Source of the DNA: an uncultured Nitrososphaerota archaeon
GTDB taxonomy: Archaea > Thermoproteota > Nitrososphaeria > Nitrososphaerales > CADDZS01
Direction: 5' to 3'
Length of the DNA stretch: 64,000 nucleotides
Assembly (NCBI GenBank): GCA_963799845.1
Contig: CAWCYI010000004.1
Location: 1,376,001 to 1,440,000, forward strand
The notes under the pieces are model-generated. The model did not search any database and was not told the DNA's origin. It saw only the letters and a list, made by a program, of their open reading frames with translations. Position numbers and translations under genes: made by a program. Below, one piece after another: positions 9,027-19,734 of the stretch (position 1 is its first letter; each line of letters begins with the position of its first letter).

Positions 9027-10148
9027 TCAGGACAAACCAATGCTGTTGATTACTCGGCCAGAGCTCGCGTCGACTACGAGGATGATTTTATTGCCGTTGT
9101 GATCGTACTTCGCGAACCAAATCGGAGCGTGTAGTAATTCTACGTCTCCAACTTCAGATTGCGTAGTCAATTGCTGGATCATGTGATACTTTGCGTGTGC
9201 TTTATCTGACTGCAGCTGATCGACAAGGGTTTTTGCCTGCGACTTTGCAACATCCTCGCCGATGTCACCGTTTAGTACCTTGACGCCTTTCGGTATTTTT
9301 GTGATGTCGAAAAGTGATCTGCCATCGAGGTTGAATTGATATTCTCGTGGCTGATAAGCTGTGAGAGCTTTTAGAGCAATGACAGGAAAGTTATAGTTCG
9401 CGTCCATCTGATCGGTTTTTCTAGCACCGCCACCGCCGCGTCCCATTCCCATTCCGTAAGCCATGATTGGTCCAAACTTGAATGCACCTGAGAACAGAGC
9501 ACTTGTACCTAAACTTCCGTTCCATAAGACACGCCTCCGTCCTCCCCCTCCGCCCCCTCTGCGTCCTCCCCCTCCGCCCCCCCCACCGAATGCACCACCT
9601 AGTAACGCGCCCATCAATGCGGCAGTTGTAGCAGTCTGAGCAATCTGTTGTGTTTCGTCAGTTGCCACAACTGTCGTCCGAGCTGAGACACTGACGATCC
9701 AGTAAGGCACGTACGAGAGACTCATTTCCTCCTGTTTCGAATTTTCTTGAAGATGTCGGTGCAAAAGTCCTTTGTCCATCATTGGTTTGATAATGGCATT
9801 GAAGGCATCGGCCGTGGTGACCTTCAAGGGAAGCATTGTCTGCTTCTGCACATTCGTCCAACCTTGGTTTCCCAGCGTGATGCCACTGCCGCAGTATTCA
9901 CAGGTTATGACCATCTCGCCGAACTTGGGCGATAGCGGGGCACCGCAATTGGGACATTTAAACGAAGTTACCCCAGAAGCAGCGACTACCTGCTCCGGCT
10001 TTTGCGTAGCTGTAGAAGTTGCACCAACCGATTGTTCGGCACTACCGCCCGACTGAGCTCCACCCGGAACCTGGCTAATCTTAAACCCACACTTGTAACA
10101 AAACGCTGCATCATCGGGAAGCTGCGTACCGCAATTAGGACAATTCAA
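9027..10148 (-). CDS. Zinc-ribbon domain protein with Gly/Arg-rich insert
   Basis: CPNCG...FCYKCG; CPNCG...CEYCG; YVPYW and HAPIWF..Y motifs. Confidence 0.8.
   Translation of the reverse strand: MNCPNCGTQLPDDAAFCYKCGFKISQVPGGAQSGGSAEQSVGATSTATQKPEQVVAASGVTSFKCPNCGAPLSPKFGEMVITCEYCGSGITLGNQGWTNVQKQTMLPLKVTTADAFNAIIKPMMDKGLLHRHLQENSKQEEMSLSYVPYWIVSVSARTTVVATDETQQIAQTATTAALMGALLGGAFGGGGGGGGRRGGGGGGRRRVLWNGSLGTSALFSGAFKFGPIMAYGMGMGRGGGGARKTDQMDANYNFPVIALKALTAYQPREYQFNLDGRSLFDITKIPKGVKVLNGDIGEDVAKSQAKTLVDQLQSDKAHAKYHMIQQLTTQSEVGDVELLHAPIWFAKYDHNGNKIILVVDASSGRVINSIGLS
9538..9581. repeat. 24-nt-period tandem duplication (20-bp identical unit)
   Basis: CGTCCTCCCCCTCCGCCCCC at 9538-9557 and 9562-9581; encodes GGGGGRR units on the minus strand. 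Confidence 0.8.
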
Positions 10149-10505
10149 ATTTTACTATTCTCCTTTTTCAAAACTATTTAGAAAGTTAGTTTGATCATCA
10201 GAGGTAATAAGGGGATATACATTTTTCCATTCTAAAACAGATGACAGATTCCGTCTTACGCTCAAAAGTTAGTCTTTTTCATTCGCTGATGATTGATTTC
10301 CATCCCATCGAGAGCTGGGAGCGATCCTGTTTAGTTTCTGGGAAGGGACAGATGATCTTCACAAAACGCATGCTTTAAACGTGAACCATTTAGGGTTAAA
10401 CTAACGTCGAGTAAAGTGAGAATACAGGCAGCACGAAATACTTAATTTATTTTCAAATAAGTCTAACAACAGGAGCTACTTATGCCATCATTGACCTAGG
10501 AAGAG

Positions 10506-12218
10506 ATGAAGCAACAAACGCAATACAAATGGATAGCTCTCTCAAACACGACTCTTGGAACTCTACTGGCGGCAATTGATCTTAACATCGTTCTCATCGC
10601 TCTCCCTTCGATTTTTCGGGGAATCCAGATAAATCCGATAACGTCCTTCACATATCTCCTCTGGATATTGTTCGGATACAGTATCGTCACCGCCACTCTT
10701 CTCGTATCCTTCGGTCGAATCTCGGATATGTTGGGGCGCGTCAAACTATACAACTTGGGGTTTGCGATCTACACCGTCGGCTCGATTCTCCTTTACCTTA
10801 CTCCCAATACCGGTCAGCTCGGCGCACTGGAGCTTATTTTATTCCGCGTAGTTCAGGGAGTAGGCGCGGCGTTTCTTTTCTCCAACAGCGCCGCGATTCT
10901 TACTGACGCATTTCCCCCGAACGAGCGTGGTAAAGCCTTGGGGCTGAACCAGGTTGCCGTGCTGGCCGGCTCAGTACTGGGGCTCGTGCTTGGAGGAGTC
11001 CTCGCGACTTTCAACTGGAGGTACGTCTTCCTTGTGAGTGTCCCCTTTGGAATTATCGGAACTTTTTGGTCTCATTACCACCTCAGAGAGATAGCTACCA
11101 TCAGGAAAAACCAGAAGATCGACATCTGGGGTAATATTACGTTTGCAGCAGGCTTGATCAGTCTTTTGATTTCCCTTACGTACGGACTCGTCCCTTATGG
11201 CGATTCCCCGATGGGTTGGTCAGACCCTTTAGTCATAGTGGGTTTGCTTTCTTCATTTGCATTGCTCGCAGCGTTTCCGATCATCGAGACTCAAGTAGAA
11301 GATCCGATGTTCAGACTCGAGCTTTTCAAGCGGAGAATTTTCGCGTTTGGTAATCTCGCGGACGTTCTTGCAGCTCTGGCTCGCGGAGGAGTGACTTTGA
11401 TGCTTATTATCCTTCTCCAGGCAGTCTGGCTACCACTTCACGGAATCAGTTACCAGGATACGCCATTCTGGGCCGGGGTGTACATTATCCCGTTTTCCTT
11501 GGGATTTGTCGTGATGGGACCTCTGAGCGGGTACCTCTCCGACAAGTACGGTGCTAGAGGGTTTTCAACTCTCGGGATGGTGATCACGGGAACCGCTTTT
11601 CTTGCACTTTCAGAACTTTCCTACAATTTCTACTATCCGGATTTTGCTGCAATCGTTTTTACGATGGGGATCGGGATGGGAATGTTTTCCTCCCCCAACA
11701 TCGCTTCGATCATGAACTCTGTTCCCCCGCAGAACAGGGGCGCCGCGGCTGGGATGAGGAGCACTCTCATGAATACCGGAACGAGCATCGGTACGAGCAT
11801 ACTGTTCACAACCGTAATTCTGACTCTATCAGGCTCTCTTCCTGGCTATCTAGCCAGCGCTGCCGCAGCTGCCGGTGCTCCTCAACTAGGGGCATCCGTC
11901 TTTAGACAGATTGCGCCAACATCCGCACTGTTCGCAGCATTTCTCGGGTACAGTCCAATGCAGACTATTCTCAATTCGCTCCCCGCTAGTTTGACCTCTA
12001 CTTTGAGCGCCAGCGTTGTCGCCACGTTGACGGGAAAATCGTGGTTTCCGAATGCGTTTGCGCCGGCGTTCATGTCGTCCCTCCGCGTCGCAATCTACAT
12101 CAACGCCGCCCTGGCTTACACCGCCGCCCTCGCATCAGTCGTCAGAGGAAAGAGGTACATCTACGGCCTCGAGCCTGAGAAGGAAGAAGAACCTCAAACT
12201 AAGAAAGCGTCGAAGTAG
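10506..12218 (+). CDS. MFS transporter, 14-TM DHA2/EmrB-like
   Basis: GRISDMLGRVK (motif A), FRVVQGVGAAF, AFPPNERGKALG, WRYVFLVSVPFG. Confidence 0.93.
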   Translation: MKQQTQYKWIALSNTTLGTLLAAIDLNIVLIALPSIFRGIQINPITSFTYLLWILFGYSIVTATLLVSFGRISDMLGRVKLYNLGFAIYTVGSILLYLTPNTGQLGALELILFRVVQGVGAAFLFSNSAAILTDAFPPNERGKALGLNQVAVLAGSVLGLVLGGVLATFNWRYVFLVSVPFGIIGTFWSHYHLREIATIRKNQKIDIWGNITFAAGLISLLISLTYGLVPYGDSPMGWSDPLVIVGLLSSFALLAAFPIIETQVEDPMFRLELFKRRIFAFGNLADVLAALARGGVTLMLIILLQAVWLPLHGISYQDTPFWAGVYIIPFSLGFVVMGPLSGYLSDKYGARGFSTLGMVITGTAFLALSELSYNFYYPDFAAIVFTMGIGMGMFSSPNIASIMNSVPPQNRGAAAGMRSTLMNTGTSIGTSILFTTVILTLSGSLPGYLASAAAAAGAPQLGASVFRQIAPTSALFAAFLGYSPMQTILNSLPASLTSTLSASVVATLTGKSWFPNAFAPAFMSSLRVAIYINAALAYTAALASVVRGKRYIYGLEPEKEEEPQTKKASK

Positions 12219-12617
12219 GCAGTTCCTTTTCTGATACTCGCAATAAACAGGTCATGAAACAAGTCTGTCCTGAGCTTAGAGAGCTTGAAACGAGCTGTCC
12301 GAATTGAACAGAGCTTGAACGTAGCTCTTCACTCAGAAAACACCTCCCCGTGTGCGAACGCAGAAATTTTTTTTCTTAATGAATCAATGGGAACTCGTTT
12401 ATGAACGAAAAAGAAGTCCTCCAGCAAATTCTGGATAGTTTATACAGGAGATATCAATCATTTGTCGTCTTGTTTCTTGGAAGGTGTCATCCGATGCAAG
12501 ATGTTGAAATCGAATTCCGATAGAACACTTCTTTTTCTCAACTACATCAATCAACATCCAACATCGGACGGCCTCGGAAAACCTCCGACGATGAGGCAGA
12601 ACCAATAATTACATAAC

Positions 12618-13916
12618 TTGTCGTTGATTACGAAAATGGATTTTCTTGAAACTATCGTCGCACGCAATCCGAAGCTTGTCGACGTGGCATTCGATCTTCA
12701 TCGCGAGGGTAAGATTCCGTGTGATACGTATCTCGTAGATCTTGATACCGTCAAACAAAATGCGAAGCTGATTTCGGAAGCTTCCTCCAGAGCCGGCATC
12801 AAGAATTACTACATGACAAAGCAGTTCGGAAGGAATCCCCTGATTTGCAAAGTCATAGTCGACTCCGGCATCGATAGCGCGGTCGCAATAAATCTTGACG
12901 AGACGAAAATCCTCCACAGGAACGGGTTCAAAGTAGATCACGTCGGACACTTGATTCAGATACCTTCTGGGGAGATCGATTACGTCGTTGGAAAAGTGAG
13001 ACCGGAGATCATCACAATTTATAGCTACGAGAAGGCGAAAGAGATAGATCGCGCAGCCAGAAAATTTGGAATCATTCAGAAAATAATGCTGCGACCGATC
13101 AGCTCAACCGATTCTTTCGCCGCCAATGCTGAAGGAGGAACACACGTACGAGAAATTGTAAGGGAGGTAAAGCGACTATCTGAACTGGATAACATAAGAG
13201 TGGTAGGCTTGACTTCATTCCCGTCTTTTCGATTGGATCTGAAGCAGAGAAAGATTGTAAAGACTTCCAATTTCGAATCCATGATGAATGCAAAGAATCT
13301 GATCGAATCTGAGACTGCGATCAGGATCGAACAGATCAACGCGCCTGGGAGCTCCTGCGTAGAAGGAATGAAGATTCTCGCAGAAGAAGGCGCAACACAC
13401 GCCGAACCGGGACACGCTTTTACCGGAACGACTCCCTGGCATGCTTTTGAAGATCTACCAGAAAGACCAGCCTTGGTTTACGTCACGGAAGTTTCGCACA
13501 CAAATGCCGACAGGGCGTACTCCTTCAGCGGAGGTCTGCCGCAAACCGGGTACCACGGATTTTTTACGATGAAGTATCACCAAGCTTTCCTGTATGCTCT
13601 GGCAGAAAGGGGAGGATCGCATAAGACGATTCTCGCAGAGCCACCACCACTAACGATGGACAGCCAGGCGTGGCCGGATTACTATACGGTTCTACATCAG
13701 CCCACAGAATTCTCTCTGGAAGTTGGCGATATGATACTTTTCGGCTTCAGGCCTCAAGTATACATGAGCCGTTCGAAAGTTACGATCGTCAAGGGAATCG
13801 GAACGTCTAGTATCGAAGTGCTCGGCACATTTGATCGAAATGGAAATTTGCTCGATTCTAGTGACGAAAGACCTGCTCCGAAAGAAGAGCTCGATTCTCT
13901 AATCAGTCAAGTATAG
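12618..13916 (+). CDS. YhfX-family PLP-dependent enzyme (alanine racemase fold III)
   Basis: YYMTKQFGRNP (PLP Lys), HVGHLIQIP, QINAPG, THAEPGHAFTGTTP, FGFRPQVY are YhfX-type signatures. Confidence 0.85.
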   Translation: MSLITKMDFLETIVARNPKLVDVAFDLHREGKIPCDTYLVDLDTVKQNAKLISEASSRAGIKNYYMTKQFGRNPLICKVIVDSGIDSAVAINLDETKILHRNGFKVDHVGHLIQIPSGEIDYVVGKVRPEIITIYSYEKAKEIDRAARKFGIIQKIMLRPISSTDSFAANAEGGTHVREIVREVKRLSELDNIRVVGLTSFPSFRLDLKQRKIVKTSNFESMMNAKNLIESETAIRIEQINAPGSSCVEGMKILAEEGATHAEPGHAFTGTTPWHAFEDLPERPALVYVTEVSHTNADRAYSFSGGLPQTGYHGFFTMKYHQAFLYALAERGGSHKTILAEPPPLTMDSQAWPDYYTVLHQPTEFSLEVGDMILFGFRPQVYMSRSKVTIVKGIGTSSIEVLGTFDRNGNLLDSSDERPAPKEELDSLISQV

Positions 13917-13997
13917 ACCAGTTGGACTTCTCCAGTTCGAAGCGCTCACAAAACTTTATTCCCGCTGTATGATGAACCGGAAATTTAGCGCAGATCA

Positions 13998-15128
13998 ATG
14001 AAGATTACAGACATAAAGGCCATAGCTCTTCGTAACAAAGAGAGGTCTCTCTCCGCCGGTCCGGGAGTTTGCATGGTCGAAGTCCACACCAGCAACGGGC
14101 TGGTTGGAGTAGGAGAGGCATGCGCTCAAAGCGAGAATGATGAGGCAGCTCTTGCAACCGCCCTAATCCTTGAAAGGGGAATCAAACCGATTGTACTCGG
14201 GCTGGACCCTGTGAATCCAAGGACGATCTGGGAGAAACTGTATCTCGAAACGGAATGGTTTGGGCGAATGGGTACTGTGATGCATGCGATAAGCGCTCTC
14301 GATATCGCATTGTGGGATCTGATGGGCAAGTCTCTGGGAGTCTCCGTGTCAAGACTTATCGGGGGCAGATTCAGAGAATCGGTAAAGACTTACGCGAGCA
14401 TTATTTTTGACATGGAAAATTTCGCATCGATGGCAGATGAGGCGAAGATCTGGACTCGAGAAGGTTACAAAGCCGTAAAGTTCGGCTGGGGTCAGACCAG
14501 AGAAACTGCGTTCGGACTTGATGCGACTAAGGACGAGGCAGCCGTGAAATATCTTAGAGATGTGCTTGGGCCGGACATTGACATAATGGTGGATGTGGGC
14601 AGGTACGTCAACTGGACACCGGCTCATGCGCTGGAAATGGCTCGCAGGTTTTCAAAATATGGAATATACTGGCTGGAGGAGCCTCTCCCCCAAGATGACA
14701 TCGAGGGTTTCATCTGGCTGACCGAGAAGAGTCCGATCAAGATCGCGACAGGTGAAGGAGAATACAACAGATTCGGTTTCAAGCGCCTGATCACTTCACA
14801 CGCGACTGACATCATTCAGCCGGATTTGGGGAGAGCTGGAGGTTTCACCGAGGGGATGCGAATTTCAGATCTCGTACAAGCTTGGAATCTCACGCTGGTC
14901 CCGCACGGCTTCAGCTCTGCAATCAATGTTGCAGCAAACCTGCAGTGGATCTCGGCAATGCCTGCCGCGACGCTGCTGGAATTCAGGAGGACGAAGAGCC
15001 CGCTTCTCGCTGATCTCATAAAAACTCCGTTTGAAGCTAACAACGGCAATCTGGAGATCCCGGATCGGCCGGGTCTTGGAATAGAGATCAGGCAAGATAC
15101 TGTAGAGGCATGTCGCGTCACGCTCTAA
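13998..15128 (+). CDS. Mandelate racemase/muconate lactonizing enzyme family (probable acid-sugar dehydratase)
   Basis: AISALDIALWDL.GK, KAVK (KxK), MVD/WLEEP/TGE metal ligands, QPD...VPH, PGLG. Confidence 0.92.
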   Translation: MKITDIKAIALRNKERSLSAGPGVCMVEVHTSNGLVGVGEACAQSENDEAALATALILERGIKPIVLGLDPVNPRTIWEKLYLETEWFGRMGTVMHAISALDIALWDLMGKSLGVSVSRLIGGRFRESVKTYASIIFDMENFASMADEAKIWTREGYKAVKFGWGQTRETAFGLDATKDEAAVKYLRDVLGPDIDIMVDVGRYVNWTPAHALEMARRFSKYGIYWLEEPLPQDDIEGFIWLTEKSPIKIATGEGEYNRFGFKRLITSHATDIIQPDLGRAGGFTEGMRISDLVQAWNLTLVPHGFSSAINVAANLQWISAMPAATLLEFRRTKSPLLADLIKTPFEANNGNLEIPDRPGLGIEIRQDTVEACRVTL

Positions 15129-15259
15129 CAAATAATCACTGGCCAGCAATTACTTTCTAAAACTTCTTAAACCCCAACAATAAGCACGCCGAAAACTTAC
15201 TTTTTTCTTGAGGCCCCTAGAAACCGTTATAAGAATCTGGGGAAACCGCGCTTCTCAGC

Positions 15260-16849
15260 TTGACGTCTGAGAAATCTGTTTTCCTTAGAAACGCCACCGG
15301 TCTCGTCCGAGACTTTGCAATGATCGACGCTGTTATTTTTGCGATCGGCGCAATGATCGGTCCGACATGGGTTCCAATTTTTGCTGGCGAGTGGATTAAC
15401 TTTCCAGGCGTGAGTATTCCAGCTTCGTTTGTCATTATCGGCATATTAGCAGTTGCAAATGGATTGTACTATGTTTTCATTACGGCGGTGATGCCGAGAA
15501 GCGGCGGTGGCAGCTATGTTCCGTTGAGCCGGCTAATCTCTCCGATTCTAGGAATGGGCATGACTATGATTCTTGTCGTCGCTTTTCTGCTAGACATGGG
15601 ATACATCGCTGACATCACGTTTACGGTGGGAGTCTCTGGTCCACTTGCCACCTATAGTACGATCACGAATAATTCTGGACTATCCAGTCTGGCAAGTTCA
15701 CTGAGTACTCAGACTTGGGGTATCGTTTTGGGTACCGTCATGATAATCTTGATCGGGTTGCTTGCGATTTCCGGAAACAGGTGGATAAAGCTTGCAAATA
15801 AAGTGGCGTTCGTTGTAGGCACAATCGGCATGCTTCTTATCATAGGCGTACTTGCGACTACTTCACAGGCGCAGTTCCAGACGGCGTTCAATAATTTTGC
15901 TGGCGCGGGAATGTACCAGAATATTACAGCGACCGCCCACGCAGCGGGGTATAATCCTAACGTTAACTGGCTGAGTCCGACCTCCCTCTCACTTCCACTG
16001 TCATTTTTCGCAATCGCTGGCTACGCTTTCAATACATACTACGGTGGAGAAATCAGAAGGGTCAGTCGGACGATGTCTATTGCTGTCATAGGTTCAATAA
16101 TCTTCACCGGTGCGTTCTTTTCGGTAATAGCGGCCCTTGCACAAAATGCCTTTGGTTACAACTTCATCACTGGAGCTAGTTATCTCTCTAGCATTAGCAA
16201 ATGGCCATTGGGTCCCGCCCCTTACGTGAATACGTTCGTCGCGATGGTGAATTCTAATCCGATCATCAACGCGATCGTAATTGCGAGCTTCGTCGCCTGG
16301 GGGTATCTGTTGATAATTAATTACTACTTTATCTCGTCGCGTCATTTTCTCGCCTGGTCATTTGACAGATCCGTGCCATCAATGTTTGGTTCAGTGAGCG
16401 ATAGATTGCACAGCCCGGTAGTTGCTCTGGGCATCTGCGGAATCATCGGATGGATCGCTCTAATTTTATACACATATCTTCCCGCGGAACTCGGTGCGGT
16501 CAATCTGACGTTCTTCTTTGTGATCGCTTTCTTGCTCGACGGTCTCGCGGGCATCGCTCTCTGGCGCAAGCCTGAACTTTTGCGTTCCGCCCCAGCTTTC
16601 GTCCAGAAGAAGATTGGCGGGGTTCCTGTAATTTCGCTGCTCGGATTGTATAGCGTCATTTTCATGGGATACCTATTCGTCGCTTCTCTCCAGAATCCGG
16701 GGGCAATTGGAGCGTTCGGTTACGCGACGATAGTGCCTACCATCGGAGCTTTCATAATCGGCGCCGGATCTTATTTGGCGATGAAAAGCTACTTCAAGGG
16801 ACGGGGACTAGAGATCGCGCTGGCGTACAAAGAAATCCCGCCCGAATAG
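15260..16849 (+). CDS. APC-family amino acid permease
   Basis: VFLRNATGLVR N-terminus, MPRSGGG.YV, YYGGEI, SRHFLAWSFDR, C-terminal YKEIPPE. Confidence 0.92.
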   Translation: MTSEKSVFLRNATGLVRDFAMIDAVIFAIGAMIGPTWVPIFAGEWINFPGVSIPASFVIIGILAVANGLYYVFITAVMPRSGGGSYVPLSRLISPILGMGMTMILVVAFLLDMGYIADITFTVGVSGPLATYSTITNNSGLSSLASSLSTQTWGIVLGTVMIILIGLLAISGNRWIKLANKVAFVVGTIGMLLIIGVLATTSQAQFQTAFNNFAGAGMYQNITATAHAAGYNPNVNWLSPTSLSLPLSFFAIAGYAFNTYYGGEIRRVSRTMSIAVIGSIIFTGAFFSVIAALAQNAFGYNFITGASYLSSISKWPLGPAPYVNTFVAMVNSNPIINAIVIASFVAWGYLLIINYYFISSRHFLAWSFDRSVPSMFGSVSDRLHSPVVALGICGIIGWIALILYTYLPAELGAVNLTFFFVIAFLLDGLAGIALWRKPELLRSAPAFVQKKIGGVPVISLLGLYSVIFMGYLFVASLQNPGAIGAFGYATIVPTIGAFIIGAGSYLAMKSYFKGRGLEIALAYKEIPPE

Positions 16850-16866
16850 ACCGGACAATATCCTAA

Positions 16867-17534
16867 TCATAGAACGCCGTACTTGTCGTAGACTTCCTTC
16901 AACAGTTTTCCTTCCAGCAGTTCCTGCCTCGTCATTTTTTCTTTGGAGACTTTTTCGAAGGCTAATTCCAAAACTTCTTTCTCGATTTTCTTGGGCACAA
17001 CTACGACGCCATCGTAATCTCCCATCATAAGATCCCCGCTGTTGACGAGCACGCCTCCGCACTGCACAGGCACATCGTAAGCTGATGGCTCGGCCTCTAC
17101 CATTTGAATCGAGCGGAGAGATCGCGGCAGCGAAAACCGGAAAATTCAATTCAAATATCTTCTTTACGTCCCGGACACAGCTGTCAATCACGGCAGCACG
17201 AGCTCCTCTCAGCTCTGGCAGCTGTACTCATTAACTCGCCCCACGGAGCATTTCTCAGCGGCGCGTCGGTATTGGTAACGACGACATCTCCCGGCTTTAG
17301 CTTGTCCATGAATTCTATTTCTACTTGGTACGGATTCGGATCAGGGGCGAAAACATCCATCCATGACACAGTTCTTGCTCTACCTGCGAAGACAAAGTCC
17401 TCCCGAAGCGGTCTGATCCGGTAAGACATCGCACAATTTCTGTAACCAAGCGAATCGAGGGAATCAGAAATTACAGGGGTGTAAAGATCCACTTCAATTC
17501 TATCAAACATTTCGGACTCGTTAACTTCGCTCAT
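16867..17534 (-). CDS. RraA/HMG-aldolase family protein (two frameshifts, near 17210 and 17080)
   Basis: VISDSLD, GRART, PGDVVV, APWGELMS; IDSCVRD...LNFPVF; GDLMMGDYDGVVVVP, distributed over three frames. Confidence 0.85.
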
Positions 17535-17672
17535 GAATCAAAAATCAAAATTGCCCGGCATAAATAATATTCCCGAAGTTTGCTCCGGCAATATAGAAGA
17601 TTCCTCGATTACGCAGTTCCAAGTGTAACTCTCTAGAGTTATATCTCCCCGAAAATCAAGGTGCCCCGAAGA

Positions 17673-19725
17673 ATGCTCAGATTAGCTGTGGATATCGGCG
17701 GAACTTTTACCGACGCTGTTATTCTCGACGAAGAAAATCACACAGTCGAGCTTTCAAAAGTCCCTTCCACTCCCCATGATTATTCCGAGGGAGTAATCAC
17801 TTCGATCAAGCGATTGAAAGATTCCATGGCGTTGATTGAAAATTTCATTCACGGCACCACTGTCGGAACAAACGCCATTATCCAGGGAGCGTTCCGGAAC
17901 GGAGCCCTGCTCTCGACGAGAGGGTTCAAGGACGTCCTTGAAATTGGCAGGGGAAACCGTGTGGACATGTACGACCCTTTTTACAAAATGCCGGAACCGC
18001 TCATTCCGCGGGACAGACGAATCGAAATAGATGGAAGAATTGATTCAGCCGGTTCCGAGTTAATTCCTCTTGACATAGAGTCTGCAGAAAGAGCTGTCAA
18101 AGTCATTGTTGAGACTGGAGTCAATACGATAGACTGTCTGTCTGATCAATAGTTACGCAAACAACGAGCATGAAGAAAAAATCAGGCGCGTGATTAACAA
18201 GAATTATCCTTCTGTTCTGGTTTCAATTTCGACTGAAATCACAAACGAGTACAACGAGTATGAGCGTACATCGACCACGGTCGTGAACGCACTGCTGCTC
18301 AACATCATGAACCGGTACCTAGGTAAATTGGAGAAAGAAATCCGCGATCTTGGATTTCCTGGCAGATTGATGCTAATTCAGTCCAACGGCGGGTTGATGA
18401 CGGCTTCGCTCGCCCGCAAGATCCCGGTTCACACAATTAATTCGGGACTGGTGGGAGGAATACTTGCAGTCAGATCTCTTGGCAGCATGCTGGGAATCCA
18501 AAATCTGATCGGCGCGGACATGGGTGGCACCAGTTTTGACGTCGAGCTCATCATCGATGGGAAATACGAAACAACTCCCATGATGCGAATCAGGACTCCA
18601 AAATCGGGTCCTGACGGCTACCCTCTTTTGATTCCAGCGGTCGATATTCACGCGATAGGGACCGGCGGCGGAAGTATAGCGTGGATCGACCCTTCAGGAT
18701 CTCTCCATGTCGGTCCGATGAGCGCATCCGCTTTTCCCGGACCCGCTTGTTACGGGAAGGGAGGGAAAAACCCCACGGTAACAGACGCAAATCTGCTCTT
18801 GGGCAGATTGAACGCAGACGAATTCTTGGGAGGCGAAATGAAGGTCTTCCCCGAGCTCGCCCAATCTGCCCTAAAAACTATAGCTGACTACTATTCGATG
18901 GATGTTATGGAAGCAGCCGAAGGGATATTGAGAATCGCAGTGCCGAATATGGCTTCTGCCATCAGGACGATGACGATTGAGAGAGGAATTGACCCCAGAG
19001 ATTTCACGATGGTATCTTTTGGAGGAGCGGGCCCTCTCCATGCAAACCTCATTGCGTGTGAACTTCAGATTGAACGGATTCTCGTTTCGACCATGCCGGG
19101 CAACTTTTCAGCTTGGGGCATGCTAACTGCGGATTTGAGGCGCGATTATGTCCAGACGTATGTCGCGACGTTTGACAGACTGGAAATGAGGGATCTCGAA
19201 GAACGGTTTTTGAAAATGGAGGCGCAGGCCCGGCAAACGATGAATGATGAAGGAATTTCCGTCGAGAACCTGACACTGATTCGCGAGTTGGACGTGAGAT
19301 ACATTGGACAGGGGCATGCTCTGACACTAGCTGCTCCTTCGGATTTGAGCGAGAGCGACAGTTTAGAAATCCAAGACCAGTTTGATGGAATGCATCTGAA
19401 GAGATACCTGCACAATACGCCATCTCAGGCGAAGGAAGTAGTCACCCTGAGACTCGCATCTATCGGACAAATGAAAAAGGCATCTCTGTCCCATGTGAAG
19501 TCGGGTTCTGCCGAGCCAGTCGCTGATGCACTGCGCCTGTCAAGAAACGTATACCTTGACGGCGCATTTAAGATGTGCAAGATTTACGACAGATCGCGAC
19601 TGCTCGCCAAAAACGTGATCAGGGGTCCCGCACTAATCGAAGAGAAGGTTTCGACAACCCTCCTGCTCGAAGGTTACAAAGCGGAAGTAGACCAGTACGG
19701 CCACCTCGGTATTTCAGAAGAGTAG
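17673..19725 (+). CDS. Hydantoinase/oxoprolinase subunit A (frameshift near 18133)
   Basis: VDIGGTFTD, HGTTVGTNA, EYERTSTTVVNA, DMGGTSFDV, GTGGGSIAW, PGPACYG, GGAGPLH. Confidence 0.93.
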
Positions 19726-19734
19726 TGAAGTTAG

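Noticed and set aside
12265-12326. Possible mini-CRISPR repeat
   Set aside because: Only two degenerate adjacent copies, no spacers and no cas genes; no CRISPR array is visible anywhere in the window.
17080-18140. Programmed ribosomal frameshifting in the RraA-like gene and hyuA
   Set aside because: No slippery heptamers at the shift sites; indels are scattered across unrelated genes, consistent with sequencing error.
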